A stretch of 64,000 nucleotides of DNA, from NCBI GenBank assembly GCA_014729995.1, contig WJIZ01000024.1, forward strand, positions 736 through 64,735. Direction: 5' to 3'. Both the position numbers and the translations under genes were made by a program. Below the pieces are notes generated by a model, which saw only the letters and a program-made list of their open reading frames with translations, did no database searches and was not told where the DNA came from. Shown here piece by piece: positions 34,981-44,813 of the stretch. How positions within the stretch are numbered: position 1 is the stretch's first letter; the number at the start of each line of letters is the position of its first letter. This DNA is from Candidatus Woesearchaeota archaeon (GTDB lineage: Archaea > Nanobdellota > Nanobdellia > Woesearchaeales > WJIZ01).

Positions 34981-36642
34981 TTGCTTATTATGCAAAAAGA
35001 ATCAATGCATTGGGCTGACAGAATCGCTCTACAGGTAAAGCAGAGAGTAGAGAAAAATGAATTTCTCAAGAAAGTTGTAAAGAAAAACGGCTGTATAGTT
35101 TATGACGAGAAAACCCCTTCAGGAACAATACACGTGGGCAGCGCAAGAGGCTGGGTGATACATGACTGTGTAGCGAAGGCATTGAGAGATTTAGGGGCAA
35201 AGGCAAAATTTATACTAAGCTCAGATGATATGGACCCTTATGACAAGCCGAACAAGGAGCTTGATGAAAGCTGGGACAAGTATTTGGGAATGCCTTTCAG
35301 GGATATACCTAGTCCGGCAGAAGGGTATAAGAGCTTCGCTGACTATTATTTCTCCCAGGCAACAGAGAAGTTCAGGGAATGGGGCATAGATGCGGAGCTG
35401 GAAAGCACAGGAGAAAGGTATGAGGACGGAAGCTTCAACGAACAGATAAAAACAATACTGGACAATGCTGATAAAGTAAAGAAAATCTATGCAGAGCTGT
35501 ACGGAGAGAAAGGTTATGCTGTCAAGCTGCCCTTTAATGTGAAATGCCCTGAATGCGGCAAAATCGCAACAACTGTTGCGGCAAAATGGGAGAATGAAGA
35601 AATATATTTTGAGTGCGGTAATGCTGTCAAGTTTGCCAAAGGATGCAGCCATAAAGGATGGATATCTCCGTACAACGGAAACGGCAAGCTGCCCTGGAAA
35701 GTCGAATGGGCTGCGAAATGGCCCATGAAAGGGGTTGTTTATGAGATAGCAGGAAAAGACCATTTCACCAAAGGGAGCTCAAGGACAGTTGCCAACAGGA
35801 TAGCTGTTGATGTGCTGGATTATCCCCCTCCGCTGCCGTCGAATGGATATAAGGAGGGAAAGGGATATGAGTTCTTTACTGTCGGAGGGGCTAAGATGTC
35901 AACGAGCAAAGGAGAGGGAATGGCTTTCAAAGACATAACTAAATATGCGCCTGCACAGATGCTCAGGTACCTTATGGTGAAATCAAGGCCTGCTGCTGTC
36001 ATTGACTTTGACCCTTATAACGAGCATGACCTGCTTCTGCTTTATGACAGGTTTGACAAGAATGAGGATGAGTATTTCAGCAGAGGGGGCGATAAAGTGC
36101 AGAAAAGGGTGTATGAATTATCCCGTACCGAAAAACTGCCGAAGAAAAAGCCCGTGCATATATCACTTAACAATGCTGCAACCATGGTCCAGATAGCATT
36201 ATATGATGTCGGCAGGGCAATAGAGATAATGAAGAAGCAAGGCATGCTGAATAAGCCCTCTAAGCAGGATATTGAGGCTGTAAAGAGCAGGCTGGAGTAT
36301 GCGAAGAAATGGATAAGGAATTTTGCTCCTGAGCAGTACAAGTTCGAGCTGAACGAGAAAGCGGATAAAAGAATAATCAGCTCACTGTCAGAAAACCAAA
36401 AGAAGGCATTAAGGCTGCTGAAAGAAAGGCTTGAAAAAAATGATTATGACGAGCAGGGCCTTTTCAACGAATTCTACAGGATAAAGGAAGAGGCAAATAC
36501 AGGAACAAAGGAGTTCTTCAGTGCAGCTTACCTGGCGCTTATAAGCAAAGAGAGGGGGCCTAAACTTGCTCCGTTTATCCTGCAGATAGGCAAAGAGAGG
36601 GTAATCAAATTACTGGAAGATGCGGTTTCTTTAACAGGATGA
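34981..36642 (+). CDS. lysK: lysyl-tRNA synthetase, class I (archaeal type)
   Basis: TPSGTIHVGSARGW (HIGH-like) and KMSTSKG (KMSKS). Confidence 0.85.
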   Translation: MLIMQKESMHWADRIALQVKQRVEKNEFLKKVVKKNGCIVYDEKTPSGTIHVGSARGWVIHDCVAKALRDLGAKAKFILSSDDMDPYDKPNKELDESWDKYLGMPFRDIPSPAEGYKSFADYYFSQATEKFREWGIDAELESTGERYEDGSFNEQIKTILDNADKVKKIYAELYGEKGYAVKLPFNVKCPECGKIATTVAAKWENEEIYFECGNAVKFAKGCSHKGWISPYNGNGKLPWKVEWAAKWPMKGVVYEIAGKDHFTKGSSRTVANRIAVDVLDYPPPLPSNGYKEGKGYEFFTVGGAKMSTSKGEGMAFKDITKYAPAQMLRYLMVKSRPAAVIDFDPYNEHDLLLLYDRFDKNEDEYFSRGGDKVQKRVYELSRTEKLPKKKPVHISLNNAATMVQIALYDVGRAIEIMKKQGMLNKPSKQDIEAVKSRLEYAKKWIRNFAPEQYKFELNEKADKRIISSLSENQKKALRLLKERLEKNDYDEQGLFNEFYRIKEEANTGTKEFFSAAYLALISKERGPKLAPFILQIGKERVIKLLEDAVSLTG

Positions 36643-36708
36643 TTTCTATGATATTATAGCGTTAATTTTTTAAACACTTTAATCTTCTCAGCAGATGGTG
36701 AAAAAATT

Positions 36709-38028
36709 ATGATTGTGATGAAATTTGGCGGTACAAGCGTGAAAGATGCTGAAAGGATAAGGAATGTCGCTGAAATTGTCAAACTAAAGCTTGATGAAAA
36801 GCCTGTACTTGTATGCAGCGCTACTGCGGGAACGACCGATAAGCTGATAGAGATGGCGAACCTTGCATTCCAGGGGAAACCAACCGAAGAAATCCAGAAG
36901 GAACTGAAGCAGAAGCACGACAAAATCATGTCTGAGCTTGGAGTCAAAGATAAGGAAGTTGACGGCCTATTCGACATGATTTCCCAGCTTATGGAAAGGG
37001 TGGAAGAGGTCAGGTTAGCCAGCTCTGAAACAATGGACCATATACAGAGCTTCGGCGAGAGAATAAGCTGCAGGATCGTAGCTGCCTACCTCAATAAGAC
37101 AGGCATAAAGGCAAAGGCGCACGATGCTTATGACATAGGCATGATAACTAATCCTGATTTTGGAAAAGCGGAGCCCCTAGGGCATGCTCCCGGGCTGATT
37201 AAAGAGCACGTCAGCAGGATGGACCATGTGCCTGTCATCACGGGCTTCATAGGAAAGACAACCGCCGGCGAGATAACAACATTAACAAGAGGGGGCTCGG
37301 ATTATACTGCCTCTATAATCGGCTCAGCCATAGATGCGGGGGAAGTCCAGATATGGACTGATGTTGACGGGGTGATGTCAGCTGATCCCAGGGTTGTCAA
37401 GGATGCCAGGACTGTGGACAAGCTGAGCTTTGATGAGGCTGCAGAACTTGCTATTTTTGGAGCAAGGGTGCTCCATCCGAAATCGCTTATTCCTGCATTA
37501 GAGAAGAATATTACAGTAAGGGTGCTTAACACATACAATCCCGAGGCAAAAGGGACTGAAATCGTACTGAAAGCGAAGAAGTCTGAAAAAGTCATTAAGG
37601 CTATAGCGTGCAAGAAAGGAATTACATTAGTAAACCTGAATTCCACAAGGATGCTGAATGCGCACGGCTACCTGGCAAGAGTCTTTGATATTTTCAGAGA
37701 GCATAATAAGAGCGTTGACATGATCTCAACAAGTGAAGTCAACATATCAATGACTGTCAATGAGCCTGAAGGCATGGAAGAGATTATTTCAGACCTGCAG
37801 GGCATTGCTGATGCCAAGGCAGAGGAAAAGAAATCCATAATATGCGTTGTCGGGGAGGGCATGAAGCATGCGAAGGGGCTTGCGGGCAGGGTTTTTTCAA
37901 GGCTGGGGGAAACAGGAGTTAATATAGAGATGATTTCGCAGGGCGCTTCAGAGATAAACATAAGCTTTGTAGTGAATGAAAATGACGCTGATAAGGCTGT
38001 AAATGCCCTTCATTCGGAACTGCTTTAG
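36709..38028 (+). CDS. lysC: aspartate kinase
   Basis: MIVMKFGGTSVKDAERI... and C-terminal ACT domains. Confidence 0.85.
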   Translation: MIVMKFGGTSVKDAERIRNVAEIVKLKLDEKPVLVCSATAGTTDKLIEMANLAFQGKPTEEIQKELKQKHDKIMSELGVKDKEVDGLFDMISQLMERVEEVRLASSETMDHIQSFGERISCRIVAAYLNKTGIKAKAHDAYDIGMITNPDFGKAEPLGHAPGLIKEHVSRMDHVPVITGFIGKTTAGEITTLTRGGSDYTASIIGSAIDAGEVQIWTDVDGVMSADPRVVKDARTVDKLSFDEAAELAIFGARVLHPKSLIPALEKNITVRVLNTYNPEAKGTEIVLKAKKSEKVIKAIACKKGITLVNLNSTRMLNAHGYLARVFDIFREHNKSVDMISTSEVNISMTVNEPEGMEEIISDLQGIADAKAEEKKSIICVVGEGMKHAKGLAGRVFSRLGETGVNIEMISQGASEINISFVVNENDADKAVNALHSELL

Positions 38029-38068
38029 ATTGATGGTGCATGAAAGGCTGATATTTTTATAAGAATAA

Positions 38069-39328
38069 TCAGATATCTTCTATCATCATGTAAATCGGCT
38101 TTTCCTTTACAGCCTCCAGCTTCTCAATCTGTTTTAGTGCGAGCTCGATATTTCCCTGCTTTGCCTTATGGGTTATCACGATTACAGGCACGACTTCCCT
38201 GTTCTGCTCTTTCTGCAAAACAGCGTTTATGCTGATTTCATTGCTGCCAAGTATTTTTGTAAATTGGGCCAAAACGCCGGGCTTATCGATTAACATAAGG
38301 CGCAGGTAGAATCTTGATTGTACTGAATTCTTGTTTTTTATCTCCAGTTTTTCTTTTGCCTGGTAATTGTATCTTTCATTTTCACCTATGCCAACTATGT
38401 CGGAAACAACAGCTGATGCAGTGGGCATTTTGCCTGCGCCCCTTCCGTAAAACATCGATTCCCTGCTGTTTTCCGAGACCAAGTAGATTGCGTTCATCTC
38501 GTCATTTACTGCTGCTAATGCGTGATTATCCGGAATCATCACCGGCTGTGTTTTTATCTCGAGATGACTGCCTGTTTTCTTTGCTATAGCAAGAAGCTTT
38601 ACCTTGTAGCCGAGCTCTGCGGCATAGGCTATGTCAGAGCTTTTTATTTTCGCTATGCCGAAAACATCTATATCTTCACCGATATCTGCGTTAAATGCCA
38701 GCCTTGACAAAATTACCAGCTTTTGCGCTGCGTCAAGGCCGTCTACATCAAATGAAGGGTCGGGCTCTGCAAAGCCAAGCTGCTGGGCTTTCTTCAGCGC
38801 TTCCTGATAAGAGACGTCTTCTTCCATCCTTGAGAGTATGAAATTGGTTGTTCCGTTAAGGATGCCGTATATTGACTTTATATTATCTGAAACAAGGGTT
38901 TCCCTTACTGCCCTGATGATGGGTATGGAAGCAGCCACAGCCGCCTCAAAGCTTATTTTTACATTGTTTTCTGCTGCAGCTTTGAATATCTCTTCTCCAT
39001 ATCTTGCCAAAACAGCCTTGTTTGCTGTGACAACATTCTTTTTTGCCCTGATTGCCTTGAGAATGATTGTCCTTGCGGGCTCATAGCCCCCTATCAGCTC
39101 TACTACTGTTCCTATTTTATTGTCTTTAATTATATCCTCATAGTTATCTGTCAAAATGCCTGGAGCTATGTCATTGTGCTTGCTTTTGTCTTTTACTGCA
39201 ATCTTTTCTATACCTATTTCTAATCCTGTCCTTTTTCTAATAAGGCCTGCGTTATTCTTTATTATCTCTATAACGCCTGAGCCGATGTTTCCCGCGCCTA
39301 TTAGGGCTATTTTCATCTTTTCTTTCAT
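38069..39328 (-). CDS. hom: homoserine dehydrogenase
   Basis: MKIALIGAGNIGSGV... and a C-terminal ACT domain. Confidence 0.85.
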   Translation of the reverse strand: MKEKMKIALIGAGNIGSGVIEIIKNNAGLIRKRTGLEIGIEKIAVKDKSKHNDIAPGILTDNYEDIIKDNKIGTVVELIGGYEPARTIILKAIRAKKNVVTANKAVLARYGEEIFKAAAENNVKISFEAAVAASIPIIRAVRETLVSDNIKSIYGILNGTTNFILSRMEEDVSYQEALKKAQQLGFAEPDPSFDVDGLDAAQKLVILSRLAFNADIGEDIDVFGIAKIKSSDIAYAAELGYKVKLLAIAKKTGSHLEIKTQPVMIPDNHALAAVNDEMNAIYLVSENSRESMFYGRGAGKMPTASAVVSDIVGIGENERYNYQAKEKLEIKNKNSVQSRFYLRLMLIDKPGVLAQFTKILGSNEISINAVLQKEQNREVVPVIVITHKAKQGNIELALKQIEKLEAVKEKPIYMMIEDI

Positions 39329-39444
39329 CTTTTCTGCTCCGTATGTTTTTAGAATTAATATTTAAATTGTTTTCTTCATTTCTGTTACTATCATAACAAT
39401 ATTTTTAAAAGAATAACAAAATCACTTCTGGAGGGTGAAATTCA

Positions 39445-40533
39445 ATGAGTAAAAAAATAAAAGTCGGTGTAATAGGCGCAACCGGAATGGTGGGCCAGAA
39501 ATATATTCAATTGCTGGAAGAGCATCCCTGGTTTAAGGTAAGCTATGCTGCTGCCTCTCCAAGAAGCGCAGGAAAGAAGTACAGTGAGGCTGTAGAAGGA
39601 AGATGGGCAATGAAGACTGCAATTCCTGAAGGTGTAAAAGGCATTGTTGTCCATGATGCCTCCAAAGTTGATGAGGCAAAAGAATGCAAATTCGTTTTCT
39701 CTGCTGTTGAGATGAGCAAGGATGATATCAGGAGCATAGAGAATGAGTATGCTGCCAACGGCATCCCGGTTGTATCCAACAATTCAGCTCACAGGTGGAC
39801 AGATAACGTGCCTATGCTTATCCCGGAGATAAACCACGAGCATGTGGAGATCATTGCTGAACAGAAGAAAGCAAACGGCTGGAAAAACGGGTTTATTGCC
39901 GTAAAGCCCAACTGCTCGCTGCAGAGCTATATGACTCCCGTCTATGCACTGATTAAAGCGGGCTATAAAGTTGGGGAAATTATCATCACGACCATGCAGG
40001 CGATTTCAGGAGCAGGAAAGACTTTCGAGACATTCCCGGAGATAGATGATAATGTTATACCATACATAGGAGGAGAGGAGGAAAAATCAGAGAAAGAGCC
40101 GCTGAAGATATTAGGGAAGATTGAAGGCGGAAGGTTTGTGAATGATGATTCCGTAAAAATATCTGCGCACTGCAACAGGGTCGCTGCATCGGACGGGCAT
40201 ATGGCATGCGCCAGCATTAAGTTTAAGGGGGATAAGCCCTCGCCAGTGGAAATAAAAAAAATCTGGGAGGAATTTTCCTCTGTCCCGCAGGAGTTGAAGC
40301 TGCCTTCTGCCCCTGAAAGGGCAATTATATATACAGAAGAGGAAGACAGGCCCCAAACCAGATTAGACAGGGACAATGAGAAGGGGATGGCTGTAACGTG
40401 CGGAAGGCTGAGGCAGTGCAATGTCCTCGATTACATGTTTGTCGGGCTGTCGCATAATACAGTGAGAGGGGCTGCAGGTGGAGGCATCCTGAATGCTGAG
40501 CTGTTGAAGGCCAAAGGATTTTTTGATTTTTGA
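39445..40533 (+). CDS. asd: aspartate-semialdehyde dehydrogenase
   Basis: KVGVIGATGMVGQKYIQLL and the Cys-region NCSLQSYM. Confidence 0.85.
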   Translation: MSKKIKVGVIGATGMVGQKYIQLLEEHPWFKVSYAAASPRSAGKKYSEAVEGRWAMKTAIPEGVKGIVVHDASKVDEAKECKFVFSAVEMSKDDIRSIENEYAANGIPVVSNNSAHRWTDNVPMLIPEINHEHVEIIAEQKKANGWKNGFIAVKPNCSLQSYMTPVYALIKAGYKVGEIIITTMQAISGAGKTFETFPEIDDNVIPYIGGEEEKSEKEPLKILGKIEGGRFVNDDSVKISAHCNRVAASDGHMACASIKFKGDKPSPVEIKKIWEEFSSVPQELKLPSAPERAIIYTEEEDRPQTRLDRDNEKGMAVTCGRLRQCNVLDYMFVGLSHNTVRGAAGGGILNAELLKAKGFFDF

Positions 40534-40590
40534 CTATCCTTATTTTTTATAACCCCAACCTTTTTATAGCTAAATTATATCTATTGCACT

Positions 40591-41214
40591 ATGAAATATA
40601 TCTATCATGATAATCAGCCTAAAGTAAGATTGGGCAGCATAAGCTTTTCTGAAAGAGAGCTAAAGGACTTGGTTTTGGCGTGGCTTGCCATAAGCTTTGC
40701 TTTCGCTAATCTGCTGTCAGGATTGTCAGGATTGATGCCTGCTTTTGTAGTGTCATCCCTGACAGTGGGCGCCGGCTTTGTATTTCACGAAATGGGCCAT
40801 AAGATTCTTGCCCAGAGATACGGCGCATGGGCTGAATTCAGGGCATGGAAGCAGATGCTGTTATTTGCTGTTTTGCTATCATTTCTTGGATTTGTTCTTG
40901 CAGCGCCCGGAGCTGTAATGATATCGGGAAGAACAATTGGAAAATCAAGGAACGGGAAGATATCTGCGGCAGGGCCTGCGATGAATTTCATAATGGCATT
41001 GCTGTTTTTGCCATTTTTTGTTTATTTTTCTGAGGGAATATTAAGCATGATAGGACGCTACGGCTTTGTCATCAACACATGGCTTGGGCTGTTTAACCTG
41101 ATTCCGTTTGCTATGTTTGACGGAAAGAAAATTTTTGAGTGGAATAAGGCGGTTTATGGGGTGTTGATTGGTGTTGGATTGCTGTTTTTGTTATTCAGCT
41201 CCCTTCCTATATAG
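40591..41214 (+). CDS. membrane zinc metalloprotease (HExxH; site-2 protease/M50-like)
   Basis: FVFHEMGHKILAQ inside a TM helix. Five or six TM segments. Confidence 0.5.
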   Translation: MKYIYHDNQPKVRLGSISFSERELKDLVLAWLAISFAFANLLSGLSGLMPAFVVSSLTVGAGFVFHEMGHKILAQRYGAWAEFRAWKQMLLFAVLLSFLGFVLAAPGAVMISGRTIGKSRNGKISAAGPAMNFIMALLFLPFFVYFSEGILSMIGRYGFVINTWLGLFNLIPFAMFDGKKIFEWNKAVYGVLIGVGLLFLLFSSLPI

Positions 41215-41381
41215 ACTATGAGCACAAGCTTTATATATCAACTTTAACTACTGTATAATTGTGGGTATAGGCCATTTATTTTTCTTGCCTAAAATAACTA
41301 CTTTAAAGTAGATATATATAGAAAGTTTTATAAAAGAAAACGGAACTATAAAACGAAACTATTAATGAGAGAAATTATAAA

Positions 41382-43349
41382 ATGAGTGAAGATAGTTTAA
41401 AGGAATCGCTAGATATAATTGTAATTTCTGAGAATCATAACTATCTTGACGCAGCAGAAGAAATTATAGGAAATCAAAGTAGAAAGTACAAACTTAACCT
41501 TAACACGGCTAGCAAGGTAGAACTACTCAGGGCTTTTGAAAATAATGGTAGAGATAAATTTAAATCAGATATAATTCTTTTTGATTTGACTGATCGGGTT
41601 GATTCTGAATATCAGATGGGATTGCTTAACAGATATATGTCGAGAAACCAGAATGTATTTGCAATAGCATCAGTCCTGCCATCTGAGCATGAAAAATTAA
41701 TCTATAATTCTTTGTGGCAGAATATGCAGAGGGATCTTGAGGGAACGCCTCTTTCACTGACAAATTGTTACAGGATTCTTGAAAAAGAAACCAACCTGAA
41801 AAACTTAAAAATACATTTTGGTTGCATTAATATGGAGCAGCTTAAGGATAATGTGTTAGAATGCATAGACAAATTAAAGAGAGGTGACATCACTTATGTT
41901 CATGAGATAGCCCAAATGCCATCAGAGTTTAAACAATTTTCTGAGAGGGTTCAAAAAGAAACAAAATCACGAATTGTACTGAGCAGCATTTCTAAGATGA
42001 GAACTATGGATGTGAATAAAATAAAAGGAGTTGTTGAAAATTTACAGCCAAAGTATCATTATTCTGTACCCCAACACTGCTTTCCTCCTTTTGAAAAGTT
42101 AGATAATTTTAACCCAGAGCAAGTCCAAGAATCAATTACTCCCTTAATAACGGACGTTGATAAGCTGATTCAATCCATCTATATCCATATACCTTTCTGT
42201 CTACATAAATGTGCATTCTGCGACTACACAACTGTTGAAGGCACCTTAAATAGCAGTTCAGAATATATTAATAGACTAAAAAAAGAGATGCAAATGTATT
42301 ACGATCTGACTGAATGGGAAGTATTAACACCAAAAGGGATACAGATAGGGGGAGGAACCCCTACTATGCTTGCTGCAGATAGAGTGAAAGAATTAGGAGA
42401 ATTTATACATGATTTTTATGACCTGAATATGCTTAGTCAACTAACATTTGAAGCAAGCCCAAATACTGCAACAGCAAAAAAGTTGGATGCATTTAGAGAT
42501 ATAGGCGCTACAAGGGTGAGCGTAGGACTGCAATCAGTAAAGGATGATGCATTACTGCATTGGATAAAAAGATGGTTTTCTCCAACTAGAATGCAAAAAA
42601 CCATAAATATGCTTCTTCAAAGATGGCCTTGCGATACTAACATTGATATTATGTTTGGCCTGCCAAACCAGACACTTGATTCATGGGAAAAAGACCTAGA
42701 GGCCGTAGTTGATATGAGAATACCTTCCGTAACCACATATTATCTACGAATAAGCCCAAGAACAGGTTTTGCAGATTATAAAGACCTACCCCATCAGGAA
42801 ATAAAGATACTTATGTATACCATGGCTCGAGAAAAATTAATGGGTGAAGGATATGTCCAAATAGCCAACAACCAATTCGTGAAGAATCCTGATATGCAAA
42901 AGTATATTTATAGGGACATGAAGAAAAGAGGAGGGGGTGTTCTTGGCATAGGAATGTCATCTTATTCTATTTTTCCAGGATTAATATATTTTAATATTGG
43001 AGCAAAAGATAATAGAGATTATAAAAATCTTCATGCATATATGAATGCTGTAGAATCAGGTAGGCTACCTATAGAAATCGGCAAAAAACTTGATAAGCAT
43101 GAGCAGAAGATACTATACATGACACAGGGGCTAAAACTTTCTGCACCCGAAAGAGAGTATTCCGGAGTTAATATGGCCGATTTTGAAAAAAGATTCGAAA
43201 AGTCCATTCAAGAATCATTTCCACATACCAAAACCCTGATGGAAAACGGCTTGCTGGAGATAAACAAAGGATATATCAACCTTACCCCGAGCGGACTTGC
43301 CATGGAAGATCCTGTATTAAAAACATTCTGGCAGGGCGAGGATGTTTAG
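41382..43349 (+). CDS. radical SAM protein, HemN/HemZ-like, with N-terminal receiver-like domain
   Basis: IHIPFCLHKCAFCDY is a CxxxCxxC radical SAM motif. The N-terminal 250 aa resemble a degenerate CheY-like fold. Confidence 0.55.
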   Translation: MSEDSLKESLDIIVISENHNYLDAAEEIIGNQSRKYKLNLNTASKVELLRAFENNGRDKFKSDIILFDLTDRVDSEYQMGLLNRYMSRNQNVFAIASVLPSEHEKLIYNSLWQNMQRDLEGTPLSLTNCYRILEKETNLKNLKIHFGCINMEQLKDNVLECIDKLKRGDITYVHEIAQMPSEFKQFSERVQKETKSRIVLSSISKMRTMDVNKIKGVVENLQPKYHYSVPQHCFPPFEKLDNFNPEQVQESITPLITDVDKLIQSIYIHIPFCLHKCAFCDYTTVEGTLNSSSEYINRLKKEMQMYYDLTEWEVLTPKGIQIGGGTPTMLAADRVKELGEFIHDFYDLNMLSQLTFEASPNTATAKKLDAFRDIGATRVSVGLQSVKDDALLHWIKRWFSPTRMQKTINMLLQRWPCDTNIDIMFGLPNQTLDSWEKDLEAVVDMRIPSVTTYYLRISPRTGFADYKDLPHQEIKILMYTMAREKLMGEGYVQIANNQFVKNPDMQKYIYRDMKKRGGGVLGIGMSSYSIFPGLIYFNIGAKDNRDYKNLHAYMNAVESGRLPIEIGKKLDKHEQKILYMTQGLKLSAPEREYSGVNMADFEKRFEKSIQESFPHTKTLMENGLLEINKGYINLTPSGLAMEDPVLKTFWQGEDV

Positions 43350-43359
43350 AATCCAGGCA

Positions 43360-44304
43360 TCAATATTCCATTGCCATTCTTGCTGGATATATATCCCTAA
43401 GAACCTCTAATAACTGCTCAGTCATAACAAGAATCCTTATCTCATTTTTTGAAAAATCATTAATTGAATTCTGCAGTGTATCAAGGACTTCCTGCCTTTC
43501 TTTTACAAATTTTTCTGCTTTTTTTAGGTCAAAATTATAATATAATTCATGAAAACTCTTTAGATCTTTGGATATCCAGTCTATAATTTTTACTGCCTTA
43601 TTGCTTAGTTTAAGCTTGTTCTTAGATATGTCTCTTGCTGTATTCTTGAGCATATCTATAATAAAATCAATTGAAGATATTATATGAAAGAGAAAATTTG
43701 TTTGATTATTGTCTGAATATCCCATGGTATTTAGAATCTTTAGATTATAATTTAACAGCCTAGTTATGTTATCGTGCCTGTCCTGAAAACTATCAAGAAG
43801 CAGATAATCATTATTCTTAACTCCTATGAACAGGTCATTTGAAGTATCCATTAAAAGCAAAAAAATTCTTTTAAGTATATTATCAAATTCATCAACAGAA
43901 GAAATGCTGATATTTTTTAGGGTAAATGAATCTTTTTTCTCCTGGATTATATCTAAACCATGACAGATTCTCACTTCTTTGTGTATAATTGAACTGATAG
44001 TAGTCTGCTCCCCAAACCGGTGATATGTAACATAGGGATTTTGCCAAGTAAATTTTATCTGATGATATCCTTTAATGTATAATCCTCTCAAAAGGAATAT
44101 TAGTGAATCTTTATCCAGCCCATCAACCTTTATTTCTATATCCATCTTTTTACGGCTTTCAATATCCGAAGCGATAACTAAGTGGTTTCCTTCTTCTTTT
44201 ATCTCCATCTCATCCCCTTTCTTTATGCCGTGCTTTAATGCCCATTTCCTGGGCAAAGAGATTAGCTGCGTTGAATCTCCTATCTGGATAACTTTCCTTC
44301 TCAT
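43360..44304 (-). CDS. AbrB/SpoVT N-terminal domain - PhoU-like domain protein (archaeal phosphate-uptake-regulator-like)
   Basis: VIQIGDSTQLISLPRKWALKHGIKKGDEMEI swapped-hairpin N-terminus, then helical PhoU-like repeats. Confidence 0.55.
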   Translation of the reverse strand: MRRKVIQIGDSTQLISLPRKWALKHGIKKGDEMEIKEEGNHLVIASDIESRKKMDIEIKVDGLDKDSLIFLLRGLYIKGYHQIKFTWQNPYVTYHRFGEQTTISSIIHKEVRICHGLDIIQEKKDSFTLKNISISSVDEFDNILKRIFLLLMDTSNDLFIGVKNNDYLLLDSFQDRHDNITRLLNYNLKILNTMGYSDNNQTNFLFHIISSIDFIIDMLKNTARDISKNKLKLSNKAVKIIDWISKDLKSFHELYYNFDLKKAEKFVKERQEVLDTLQNSINDFSKNEIRILVMTEQLLEVLRDIYPARMAMEY

Positions 44305-44456
44305 TATAATTTACCCCTTATTATAAGTAATCTAAAAAGATATATAAATTTATCTATTTTTTATATTTTTTATAAAATATAAGAAGAAAATATATAAAGT
44401 TGTATGCATTACTAGTAAATATGGGGGGCCTGTTCAAAGAGGTGAGGAGGTGCCTA

Positions 44457-44813
44457 ATGAAAGGCCATGAAGACATCTATAATGAAGAGTACAGGGAAGA
44501 CATGTCTGAGAATGATGAGATAAACGCTTTTGAAGAAGCGTTTATGCAGGGATATGGTGAGGCAATATGAAAAGCAAAGACAAAAAAGAGGAATATGCGG
44601 ATGATTTTTTCTATTTGCATAATCCTGCAACAGACTTTGCATTAAAGTAGATTTTTTTCTATTTTCCGGGCAGAGGGCGCCTTTATGGAAATGGCAAGAG
44701 AAATAGTTGTAAAGGAAGATGAAGTTGTGTATGGGGACGAGCTAGACCATATAGCAAAGAGGATGCCCAGGGATTACCGCCTTTACACCAAGAAAGGTGA
44801 GGTGAGCGCTTAG
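44457..44813 (+). other. three tiny acidic ORFs (37, 27 and 41 aa) behind a strong Shine-Dalgarno, convergent on aIF2-gamma
   Basis: gaggtgaggaggtg precedes ATG 44457. ORF1 and ORF2 overlap by ATGA. ORF3 runs 44685-44813. Uncertain whether expressed. Confidence 0.2.
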
